Shown in pieces: positions 35,101-42,574 of a DNA stretch of 50,105 bases. The position numbers were made by a program, and so were the translations under genes. Every line of letters begins with the position of its first letter. Position 1 is the stretch's first letter. The DNA comes from Phycisphaerales bacterium (GTDB lineage: Bacteria > Planctomycetota > Phycisphaerae > Phycisphaerales > SM1A02), in NCBI GenBank assembly GCA_044358545.1, contig JBIKNS010000001.1, forward strand, positions 1-50,105, read 5' to 3'. The notes beneath the pieces are model-generated. The model worked only from the letters and a program-made list of their open reading frames with translations, made no database searches and was not told where the DNA came from.

Positions 35101-38100
35101 AATGGCGGCAGGCGAGCGCGTCGCAGATGCTCAGTCCGGACTGGCTGGCGCCGAGAGCGCGACTGCGTTCTTGGTGGATGCTGCGGATCGTTTCGCGGCG
35201 GCGCGCGTGGCGCTCGACAGCGCGAGCGCCGCGATGACCAGTCCAGCGGCGCAGGTGTCCGACCTTCGCGATGCGGCGGTTGCGGCCAACGCTGCAGCCC
35301 AGTTGCTGGCTGGCTCCAGGAACATCCCGCAAGTGCAGCAGTCAGCGTTGGCGGCAGCGCAGGCGGCAGCGGAGGCGGTCCAGCGCGCGGTAGACGCTGG
35401 TGCGGCACGGGATGATGTCGCAGCCAAGGCTGCGCTCGCGCTCCTCCGTGCACAGTCCGTGGTGCGAGGTGCGATGGCACAGGAGATCGAGTCTGCGTCA
35501 CAAGGCGTGGCGGCCATGCAGTCGCGTCTGGCGGATGCATCTGAGGCGGCGGCGCAGGCACAGTCGCACATCAACCTGCTTGATCAGGCGATAGAGGGCA
35601 TGCTCGTGGCGCGCACGGGTGCCGAGGAGGCTTCTGCCGCGGCGAGTGCATCGCTGGCGTTCCAGGGACTGGCCGAGGGTCGGCGTGTGGCCGCTCAGGC
35701 GCAGGCCGACATCGCCGCGGGAGTTGGTGCGCTCGTGAGCAGCGACCGCGCCACAGCGCTCGCCGAGATGCAGCGGGCACTTGATGCGCTCGCACGCTGC
35801 GAGCTCAATGCGGCGGCAACATCAGCCCTTGCCAGTCAGGTGAGCCAGGCGCTCGGCCAGCAGTCGCCCGACGTCGGAGCGGCAGCGACAGGCGTGGCCC
35901 AGGCTGTCGCGCAGGCCGTGCTTGCGGATCACGAGGCAAGCCAATCGACGGCAGCAGCCGGCCGCGCGGACGCGGCGGCTCTGGCAGCCGCGGCGGCGGC
36001 ATCCGGCGAGGCACTCGTCCAGTCCGAGTCGCTCTACGCCAGCGCGGTGCAGGCCGCATCCGGCGACGTCGACGGTGCGGAGGCGGCACGTGACATCGCT
36101 GCCGATGCGGCACTCGACTCCGCAGGAGGTGCGGCGGCGGTCGCCACGATGGCGAGTGCGCTCGATGCAGCCTTCTCCCGGGATTCGGACTTCAGCTCCA
36201 GCGACGCGGGAGCCGCGCTTGCTGCAGCGCAGCAGCTTGCGGCTGATGCGGCGAATCGCGCGGCGGACGCCAACGCCGCGTACATCGCGGCGCAGGCGGC
36301 CTACGAGGGCGCGATGGCTGCGGGCCGGAGCTCCGCGGAGGTGACGGTGTGGGGGGCCGTACGTGCGCTCGCATCGCAGGCGCGGCAGGACGCTGATGCG
36401 GCACTCGTGGCGGCTGCCGAAGCGCGGCGCATCGCGAGCGCTGCGATGGCTGAGTCGATCGCCGCAGATGCAGCGGTGGTGAGCGCCGGCTTCCCGGCGA
36501 CGGGGTCGCGGTCTTCTGCCGCGGCCGAGTCGGCTCGTGCGTCGGCGGCGTCGGGCATGCAGGATGTGCTCGCACTGGTGCAGGCGCACCAGCAGGTGCT
36601 CGATGAGTCGGGAGCCGCGGTGGCTCAGGCACTCTCCACGCTCGGCAGCACGCTTTCGGCGACGGAGGTTGCGCAGAACTCGGCGAGCGGCGTTGCCGAC
36701 CGCCTTGCAGGTGCGCGGGACGCGATCATGTCATTCATCGCCGCGGATGAGGTCGGGGACGTTCCCGACTCGCAGATCGACGGCCTGCTCTCCTACCTGC
36801 TGAATGCGCGGAACGAGGGATTGGGTCTGGCGCTTGCTGCCGGCGCGAGTGCTGCGGACGCAGGGGCAGCCGTGGCCGGACATGCCGATGCCATTGCAGC
36901 CGCAGAGGCGGCCGCCGCGCAGTCGCAGGCCAGCGGCATTCAGGCGATTCTCGATCAGGTGGCGGCGTCCCTGGGGACGACCGAGGGCGACGCGAGATTG
37001 GCGCTGCTGCGCACGCTCAGGGACCGGGCGCTCGACCGGTCAGCGGATGTGTCCGGCAGCGCGGCTGAGACTGCCATCAGTGCTGCGGACGCGGGAAGTG
37101 CGCAGGCATCGTCCAGGTCTGCCTTGGCTGCGGCGGGGCTGTTCCCGACCTGGGGCGTTGGAGATGTCGATGCGTCATTCGGCAGCGATGTCGAGGGGGC
37201 AGCGGGCGCAGCTGCCGCGGCTGCCTTGAGTGCAAGCGATGCGGCACGTGGCGCGACGGTGCTTGTCGGCGTGCACGGTGCGGCTGCGGGTGCCGAGTCA
37301 TCAGTGCGTGCGAGCGAGAGCGGCATGGCTGCTGCGTACGAGGCGCGCGCCTTGGCGGAGGCCGCAGCAGACGTTGCTCGCTCAGCTGCGCAGCAGATGT
37401 CCGGAGCCGATGGCTCGGCGCGTGCGCAGGCATTGGCGTCGATCGCGCGGGTCCGCGGCCAAGTGACGGCCCTGGCTGCCCAGGCGAACTCCGACATCTC
37501 CATGGCTGGCAGTCGGCTCGATGCACTGCTGTCGCAGCTTGCGTCGGGCACGGTGGATGTGTCGGATGCGCGGGCTGGTCTCGCGGACGCCCAGGTGGCT
37601 GCATCTTCGGCGCGGGAAGGTGCGGACGAGGCTACGGCCGCCAGCGCTGGCGCCCTGTCGGTATCGGCGCAGTTCGAGCAGCTTGTGGCGTCGCTCGGTG
37701 TCGGCGGCGCGCAGGCAAGGGAGACGCTCGATCAGCTCGACCAGGTGCAGCTCGCAGCTGCGGAGTCGTGGCGCCAGTTGGCGGACGACCAGCGTGCGAT
37801 CGTGGACGCGCACGTCGCGTCCGTGCTCGCGGCTGCGGCAGGGGGCCAGAGCGTGGCGATCGCAGACCTCGCCTTCGCGGCGGCGTGGATCCGTCAGGTC
37901 ACGCTCGAGGAGTACCAGGCGCTTCAGACGTCGATCGCACTCGCGCAGGCTGCTCGTGCGGACGCGGCAGGCGCCGTAGGCGAGTTCGAGGCGGCCGCGC
38001 AGTCTGCTGCGGCACCGGTGGTGAGCGCTGCAGAGGATGCGGTCGCGGCCGCCGATGCGTTCCTGCGGCAGGTCATGGCGATCCAGATCGAGGTGGCCAT

Positions 38101-39793
38101 CGGCGAGCGTGCGATCGACGCTGAAGTCGCACGTGTCGCTGCAGGTGCGGTTGAGGTGCAGGTCGCGTCGCGCGTCACGCAGGTGGCCGCGACGGTGACG
38201 GCGATGCGCGATGCCATCGCCGAGTATCAGGGTGCCACGGCCTCGATGTCTGCGGCCTTGGATGCAGCCAACGCAGCCCGCGGCACGGCGGAGTCGAGGC
38301 TGCAGGATCTGGAGCTGGCGCTGTCATCTGCCGATGCGCGGCTCACGTCACTGAGGGTGAGCTTGGGCAACGGCGACCGTGCATCGGCCGGAAGCGACGG
38401 CACTGCGATCTCGGATGCCGCATCCGGGGCGGGCACCCTGGCGCAGGCCGCGGACGCAGCCCGCGCCGATGCACTTGCCGCACTTGCCGGGATCGACGCG
38501 TTGGGCGCGTCTGCGGCAGGTGCGGTTCTCCAGCTCGACGCGCAACTGCCCGACGCGGCTGGGCACCAGTTTGCGCTCTCATGGCATCAGGAGCAGGCTG
38601 AGGCTGCGCAGAATGATGCGTCGGCTGCGTCAGATGGCGTGGATGCAATGGTGGCCGAGGCGGGTACGGCGCGCAGTGGCGCGCTAGGCGCCCACGCACT
38701 CGCGGCAAGCGGCGAGGCCCTGAGCCGTGCCAGTGCCGCGCTCGCGGGGATTCTGTCTGCAGGCGGATCGCTTGAGAGCGCGCTCTCCGATGCGCAGTCG
38801 CTCGATCGCGGCCTCGCTGGATCGGTGGCGGCGCAGGCTGCGGACGTCCGAGACTGGGTGTCGAGCCTCGACTACGGATCGTCATCGATTCCAGCGGTCG
38901 TGGCCGACCGGGTGGTCGCCATGTCCGGCGTCGCGCAGGGGGCGATCGGCGCCTACGACGCGCGTACCGCTGCGCTCGCAGGCCGCGAGGCTGCCGAGCA
39001 GGCGCGTGACCGCGCGATCGGCGCCAACTACGTGACACTGGGCGCACTTGAGTCGCACCAAGCGGCCATGGTGGGGGTGAACCAGGAGTACGGCACAGCA
39101 CTCGATCAGCGCGGCGTCGCTGCAGTGGAGTGGATGAACGCAAGCCTCTTCCGCATTGAGGCGGGCTACTGGCTGCAGCAGACGCTCAGTTACGTCGAGG
39201 CATCGGACGCATCGTCTGCGGCATGGGCCGCCAGCTCGGCGGACGAGGGCGCGACCGGCGCTGAGAATGCCGCGGGCCGGGCTGACTACGCAGCGGCGCT
39301 CGCGGAGGCGGCAGGAGAGCGCGCAGTCGAGTGGGCCGGGATCAGCGCAACAGCGTTCGAGGTCGCCAGTGCGGCGGCATCGCAGGCCGAGAGCGAGCGT
39401 GACGCCGCGGCAGGGCTTGCCGCCGACGTCGTCGTGGCCGGTGGCGCATCGCAGAGCTTTGCAGCCGCTGCCGAGCAGTTCGCAGCGATTGCCGCGACTG
39501 CGGCTGCGGGGGACGCATCTGCGTTCGCTCGGCAGGCGCGCGACCAGGCGGTGGCGCAGATCGTGCTGGCGGAATCGGCACGGGATGCGGCACAGGCTGC
39601 TGCGGCGAGCGCGCGTAGCCACGCCGGAAAGATCGTCTTCGGCGCCGTCGCCGCGAAGGCCAATCAGACGGTTGCCCTCGCCTCGCAGGCCCGCGACTAC
39701 GCCGATGCCGCGCTCGTCCAGGCGGTTGAGGCGCGCACTGACGCCAACTCCGCGGTCGTTGCGGCGTCGTCGGCGGCGGGCGGCACGAACTGA
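32144..39793 (+). CDS. Giant (2,549 aa) secreted protein: signal peptide, FecR domain, then about 2,300 aa of alanine-rich, proline-poor, repeat-containing region predicted to be helical
   Basis: An uninterrupted 7.65-kb frame. The N-terminal signal reads MAVASLTMRVAECALA-QE. A well-formed FecR-type domain spans roughly aa 60-190 (nt about 32321..32714): GAEIRTGMRSRVTLRFRNATVLVDSSTNFAI...VRSGRADFKVDK...FKVVTPSTTLAVRGTSFS. The remainder is dominated by A/Q/S/D/E/R/L/V. About one residue in three is Ala in a 100-aa stretch I counted, and Pro, Cys and aromatic residues are rare. The start is ATGA-coupled to the upstream lipoprotein gene. Confidence 0.8.
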   Translation: MSNPQSHRFIATASMAVASLTMRVAECALAQETSPADAVAAAAAPAGTVVPSANATQLQARVIDVSGKARWRASPDGEWKDAAVNDDLSPGAEIRTGMRSRVTLRFRNATVLVDSSTNFAIPTIEQEGDVLRTIAAVRSGRADFKVDKVGLQNDFKVVTPSTTLAVRGTSFSTISGPLKGVEIVGSRDNAIRAIEVRYAALNQTVEMSGGAEAKSSSETPNPTENALSTTFNAPQSGMVASKEEAQQGALSGTSAPQTQRQSTTTVAAVAQVRQDINAAERGESGGSSNLALLIDIARAAGFRGVAQDAGALQAQSLQDVLNAALQAQDRFDEATVAADGFESARDAAIDALGQADSAMQAALASAGLAVSGSQAVRSEGASALSAFAAREGSSAIAARVSAAGAAAQAGSGAAGEASAHVGGAQLRVADATALAAPLAGLSDEFNLARSALEAARAAIAGHTADVEQLRSVAQAASEAAQALAAGRSVPQLTQSALLAAQAAVEAAQRFVEAGTARDQAEGLAAAALERAQEIVRTALVQEIEAANSALASTASAVSAAVSASGQGEDGAALLDSAVNALLQAESGEQGATLAASAASDAKNAAEGRRLAAQSQADVARNLGDLVSTERASALVEMQNALAALELTRVHAEATSEYVRAVDEALTQPTPDLGAAGTAATQALAQADLAQVESGSATQAAGRADAAATVAGAIAGSEEFTGSESLYGDLVDAIAGDVADAGEARDDASASASTAASGASGAVSLADQLEAAFGSSARDAVALAERLGQDAAQRASQAQQAYEDAQRAYDDALSAGRSSAQVTVWAAVRALAAQARQDADKALADAQVARDLAAAAVEQAQQADERVAVATGSSFAAAAQNAGAGQLVPLQSVLALAEEAHGHFEQLSTAADDFASLRSTAEDALAAARAALDAAEQGALDAQSANEGVSDSARAAFRAFASGEADASVRGHVSAAAADGSAAAAAAMAAGERVADAQSGLAGAESATAFLVDAADRFAAARVALDSASAAMTSPAAQVSDLRDAAVAANAAAQLLAGSRNIPQVQQSALAAAQAAAEAVQRAVDAGAARDDVAAKAALALLRAQSVVRGAMAQEIESASQGVAAMQSRLADASEAAAQAQSHINLLDQAIEGMLVARTGAEEASAAASASLAFQGLAEGRRVAAQAQADIAAGVGALVSSDRATALAEMQRALDALARCELNAAATSALASQVSQALGQQSPDVGAAATGVAQAVAQAVLADHEASQSTAAAGRADAAALAAAAAASGEALVQSESLYASAVQAASGDVDGAEAARDIAADAALDSAGGAAAVATMASALDAAFSRDSDFSSSDAGAALAAAQQLAADAANRAADANAAYIAAQAAYEGAMAAGRSSAEVTVWGAVRALASQARQDADAALVAAAEARRIASAAMAESIAADAAVVSAGFPATGSRSSAAAESARASAASGMQDVLALVQAHQQVLDESGAAVAQALSTLGSTLSATEVAQNSASGVADRLAGARDAIMSFIAADEVGDVPDSQIDGLLSYLLNARNEGLGLALAAGASAADAGAAVAGHADAIAAAEAAAAQSQASGIQAILDQVAASLGTTEGDARLALLRTLRDRALDRSADVSGSAAETAISAADAGSAQASSRSALAAAGLFPTWGVGDVDASFGSDVEGAAGAAAAAALSASDAARGATVLVGVHGAAAGAESSVRASESGMAAAYEARALAEAAADVARSAAQQMSGADGSARAQALASIARVRGQVTALAAQANSDISMAGSRLDALLSQLASGTVDVSDARAGLADAQVAASSAREGADEATAASAGALSVSAQFEQLVASLGVGGAQARETLDQLDQVQLAAAESWRQLADDQRAIVDAHVASVLAAAAGGQSVAIADLAFAAAWIRQVTLEEYQALQTSIALAQAARADAAGAVGEFEAAAQSAAAPVVSAAEDAVAAADAFLRQVMAIQIEVAIGERAIDAEVARVAAGAVEVQVASRVTQVAATVTAMRDAIAEYQGATASMSAALDAANAARGTAESRLQDLELALSSADARLTSLRVSLGNGDRASAGSDGTAISDAASGAGTLAQAADAARADALAALAGIDALGASAAGAVLQLDAQLPDAAGHQFALSWHQEQAEAAQNDASAASDGVDAMVAEAGTARSGALGAHALAASGEALSRASAALAGILSAGGSLESALSDAQSLDRGLAGSVAAQAADVRDWVSSLDYGSSSIPAVVADRVVAMSGVAQGAIGAYDARTAALAGREAAEQARDRAIGANYVTLGALESHQAAMVGVNQEYGTALDQRGVAAVEWMNASLFRIEAGYWLQQTLSYVEASDASSAAWAASSADEGATGAENAAGRADYAAALAEAAGERAVEWAGISATAFEVASAAASQAESERDAAAGLAADVVVAGGASQSFAAAAEQFAAIAATAAAGDASAFARQARDQAVAQIVLAESARDAAQAAAASARSHAGKIVFGAVAAKANQTVALASQARDYADAALVQAVEARTDANSAVVAASSAAGGTN
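33094..36556 (+). repeat. Two tandem, diverged copies of a 1.71-1.75-kb (about 571-583 aa) coding repeat inside the giant gene; a third, more degenerate unit starts at about 36557
   Basis: Unit starts align: LQDVLNAALQAQDRFDEATVAADGFESA (nt about 33094), LQSVLALAEEAHGHFEQLSTAADDFASL (about 34807) and MQDVLALVQAHQQVLDESGAAVAQAL (about 36557). Internal landmarks recur in the same order in units 1 and 2. They are: AGRSVPQLTQSALLAAQAA / GSRNIPQVQQSALAAAQAA; AEGRRLAAQSQADVA / AEGRRVAAQAQADIA; AAGRADAAA; SESLY; and AGRSSAQVTVWAAVRALAAQARQDAD / AGRSSAEVTVWGAVRALASQARQDAD. By eye, about half the positions are identical. Confidence 0.7.
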
Positions 39794-39835
39794 GCCCGAC
39801 TGGCGCGATCGCGAGTTTGCTGCGACCATGCGCCA

Positions 39836-42553
39836 GTGAGGATCCTGCGTAGCACAGCATTCGTCACCGGCATGGTCGCGACCCTCGCGGTGTGGCTGGC
39901 CGCGGCGGTCGGCGCATTCGACAAGCTTGAACTGCGAAGCGAGGATTCGCGCTTCCAGTCCTCGGCGCGACGGCAGGAGCCGCTGTCCGAGGAGATCGCC
40001 CTCGTCGCGATCGATGACGGTGCGCTCGCGTCCATCGGACGATGGCCGTGGCCGCGCACGCTGCTGGCATCAGCGATCGACGAGCTTGCGCGCGCTGGTG
40101 CGCGCACCGTTGCGCTCGACTTGCTGCTGAGCGAGCCTGACGCCGCAAACGCCGGAGCTGACGAGTCACTGGCCAGAGCTCTGGCGGATCGCACGATGGG
40201 CGGAGCGTCCCTTCGCGGGGTCGTGGGCGTCAGCACAGAGGAGGACGAGCGTCTCAAGGGACCGTGGCGGCTTCCTGGCGGCGATCACGAACTGAAGCTG
40301 CTCCTCGACGCGCTTGGCGAGGCGATTGACATGGAGCCCGCGGACGCCGCCGCGAAGGCGGGCCTCTCCACAGCGCGCCGCGAGTCCTTCCTTGCGCAAC
40401 CGATCAGGTTCAAGCAGATGGCGGCATGGCGCGTGCTGCGCAAGCTCATGGCGCCCGGGACGATGCCGTCCATGGACGACTTCATGCTGGTCCTCACGAG
40501 CGGGCGCACCAACCTCGGGGAGTTCGATGCGCGCGTGGCGGTCGACGAGATCTATGAGCGAGGTCGGGCATGGCACGCGCTCAAGCCCAAGCTCGGCGCT
40601 CCGATTGGGGGGGGCGCGCAGGACATCTTCGGCGAGGTGTCCGGCGCGGAGTCCTTCTCGATCGAGCCCTCCGTGCCCGTGCTTGCGGAGGCCGCAGCGG
40701 GTGTCGGCGTGGTCACAAGCGATGGATATGACGAGGACGGGGCAAAGCGTCGGAGCAAGGCAATCTGGCCGGTGCCAGGGGGCAGATGCGCGCAGTTCGG
40801 GCTCGCCGCCGCGGCAACCCACCTCGGGCTGCCTCCCGGCAGCATTGTCCAGGAGGAGCGCCGCATCGCGGTCGGCGACGTCGAGCTTCCGGCCGCCGCC
40901 GGCACCATGCTGCTCGACTGGCCGTCGTCGACGTTCGAGAGCTTCGCCGACTTCTCCGATGACCCTTCGGCGAGGCGGCCCACCATCTCGATCGCCGCGC
41001 TGATCAGCCTCTCGCGCCAGCGCACGGTGCTCGCGGGCATCGAGCGGGAGCGTGATGAGGCACTTGGGCGCGTGATGGCGCAGGTGGTCGTTGACGCACG
41101 CGCGCGCACGGACGCGGCGGTGCGCGCATCCGAGGCCCAGCGGCTGAGCGACCTCCGCATCGATGACCAGATCCCCCATGCCATTGAGCCGGACGTTGCG
41201 CGGTTCCTCGAGCTCGAGGAGAGCGCGTCCGATGGCGCTGCGCGCCTGGCCGAGGCATCGCAGAGGCTCGAGTCGATGGTGAAGGATCGACTCGTGTTCG
41301 TCGGCTGGATCGCCTCCGGTGCGCTGGCGGATCAGGTCACCACGCCGTACGGCCCACGCACGCCGGGGGTGTTCGTGCACGCGGTTGCCGCAGACATGGT
41401 GATTGGCCGTCATTCGCGCGCAGTCGCTCCCGCGTGGGTGTCTCCGACAGGCATCGTGGTGCTTGGTCTCGCGGCGTCGCTGGCCGCGGCGCTGCTGGGC
41501 GGATTCTGGTCGTTCCTCGTTACGGCGGGCATTGTCGGGCTCTGGTGGTTTGTCGCGGCACGCATGGCGTTCGACGAGTGGCGGGTGCTTGTGCCGCTGG
41601 TGGCTCCTGGCTCGTCGCCCGTGGTCGCGTGGGCGGCGAGCACCGCTGCGGTTGCGGTGTCGAATGCGCGCGACCGCGCCCGGATCACGCGGCAGTTCGC
41701 GGCACGGGTCTCGCCGCAGCTTGTCGAGCGACTCGCAGGGGATCCAGATGCGCTCTCGATGACCGGAGAGGAGCGCGAGATCACGGTGGTGTTCGGCGAT
41801 CTCGCGGGGTTCACGTCGATCGCGGAGTCGCTCGGCGGTCCTGGCGTCGTGGCCACGCTGAACCTCTACTTGGGGCGGCTTGCGGACGAGCTGGTCGATC
41901 GCGGCGCATACGTGAACAAGTTCCTTGGCGACGGGTTCATGGCGTTCTGGTCGGCCTTTGGCGCCGAGCCCGAGCAGGAGCGGCTCGCGGCGGAGAGTGC
42001 GGCGGCATGCCAGGCTGCCGTGGAGGAGCTCGGCTCGAGGGTGGAGCCTGGAGCGCCGCGCATTTCGCTGCGCATCGGCATCGCCACAGGTATGGCAGTC
42101 GTGGGTGACTGCGGCGCGCCGCCGCGACTCAACGACTACACCGCAATCGGCGACGTGGTGAACCTCTCGGCGCGGCTGGAGAGCGCGAACAAGCAGTTCG
42201 GCACGAAGGTGCTCATGGATGGCGCCACGCGCAGGGGCATCGACCGCATCGCGGCACGCACGCCTGGGGCGCAAGTGCCGCGCATGCGCTGCCTCGGCCA
42301 GGTCGTGGTGGTCGGACAGTCGAAGCCGATCGACCTGTACGAGGTGGTCGACGCATCCGCGAAGGACGAGTGGATCGCCGACACCGAAGGTGCGGTGCGC
42401 GCCTTCCGTGAGCGTGACCTTCCGGGCAGCCGGGTGCTCTGGCAGGCGTTCGAGTCGAGATGGGGTGCATCGAAGCTCTCGCAGGCATACATCGCAGCGA
42501 TCGACGCCGGTGACGGCGCCGAGGATGGCGTGCTGCGTCTGCGCGCGAAGTAG
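39836..42553 (+). CDS. CHASE2 sensor domain-containing class III adenylate/guanylate cyclase
   Basis: 905 aa. An N-terminal TM is followed by CHASE2 (IALVAIDDGALASIGRWPWPRTLLASAIDELARAGARTVALDLLLSEPD...) and then a cluster of TM helices at about aa 500-600. The cyclase catalytic domain contains REITVVFGDLAGFTSIAE, NKFLGDGFMAFW, LRIGIATGMAVVGDCG and GDVVNLSARLES. It lies 42 nt downstream of the giant gene on the same strand. Confidence 0.9.
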   Translation: MRILRSTAFVTGMVATLAVWLAAAVGAFDKLELRSEDSRFQSSARRQEPLSEEIALVAIDDGALASIGRWPWPRTLLASAIDELARAGARTVALDLLLSEPDAANAGADESLARALADRTMGGASLRGVVGVSTEEDERLKGPWRLPGGDHELKLLLDALGEAIDMEPADAAAKAGLSTARRESFLAQPIRFKQMAAWRVLRKLMAPGTMPSMDDFMLVLTSGRTNLGEFDARVAVDEIYERGRAWHALKPKLGAPIGGGAQDIFGEVSGAESFSIEPSVPVLAEAAAGVGVVTSDGYDEDGAKRRSKAIWPVPGGRCAQFGLAAAATHLGLPPGSIVQEERRIAVGDVELPAAAGTMLLDWPSSTFESFADFSDDPSARRPTISIAALISLSRQRTVLAGIERERDEALGRVMAQVVVDARARTDAAVRASEAQRLSDLRIDDQIPHAIEPDVARFLELEESASDGAARLAEASQRLESMVKDRLVFVGWIASGALADQVTTPYGPRTPGVFVHAVAADMVIGRHSRAVAPAWVSPTGIVVLGLAASLAAALLGGFWSFLVTAGIVGLWWFVAARMAFDEWRVLVPLVAPGSSPVVAWAASTAAVAVSNARDRARITRQFAARVSPQLVERLAGDPDALSMTGEEREITVVFGDLAGFTSIAESLGGPGVVATLNLYLGRLADELVDRGAYVNKFLGDGFMAFWSAFGAEPEQERLAAESAAACQAAVEELGSRVEPGAPRISLRIGIATGMAVVGDCGAPPRLNDYTAIGDVVNLSARLESANKQFGTKVLMDGATRRGIDRIAARTPGAQVPRMRCLGQVVVVGQSKPIDLYEVVDASAKDEWIADTEGAVRAFRERDLPGSRVLWQAFESRWGASKLSQAYIAAIDAGDGAEDGVLRLRAK

Positions 42554-42574
42554 GGGACCGCGGAGACCGCAGCG

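Noticed and set aside
34299-35561. 420-aa minus-strand ORF, and many other 60-290-aa ORFs in alternative frames across 32144..39793.
   Set aside because: All are Pro/Arg/Ser-rich translations of GCN-rich alanine codons read out of frame. Only the plus frame starting at 32144 has a signal peptide, a FecR domain and a continuous 7.65-kb frame.
32144-39793. Possibility that the giant alanine-rich ORF is a non-coding low-complexity or misassembled region.
   Set aside because: It begins with a credible signal peptide and a complete FecR domain, and it is ATGA-coupled to the upstream gene. Its repeat units are diverged rather than identical, which argues against simple assembly duplication. Long-read confirmation is still advisable.
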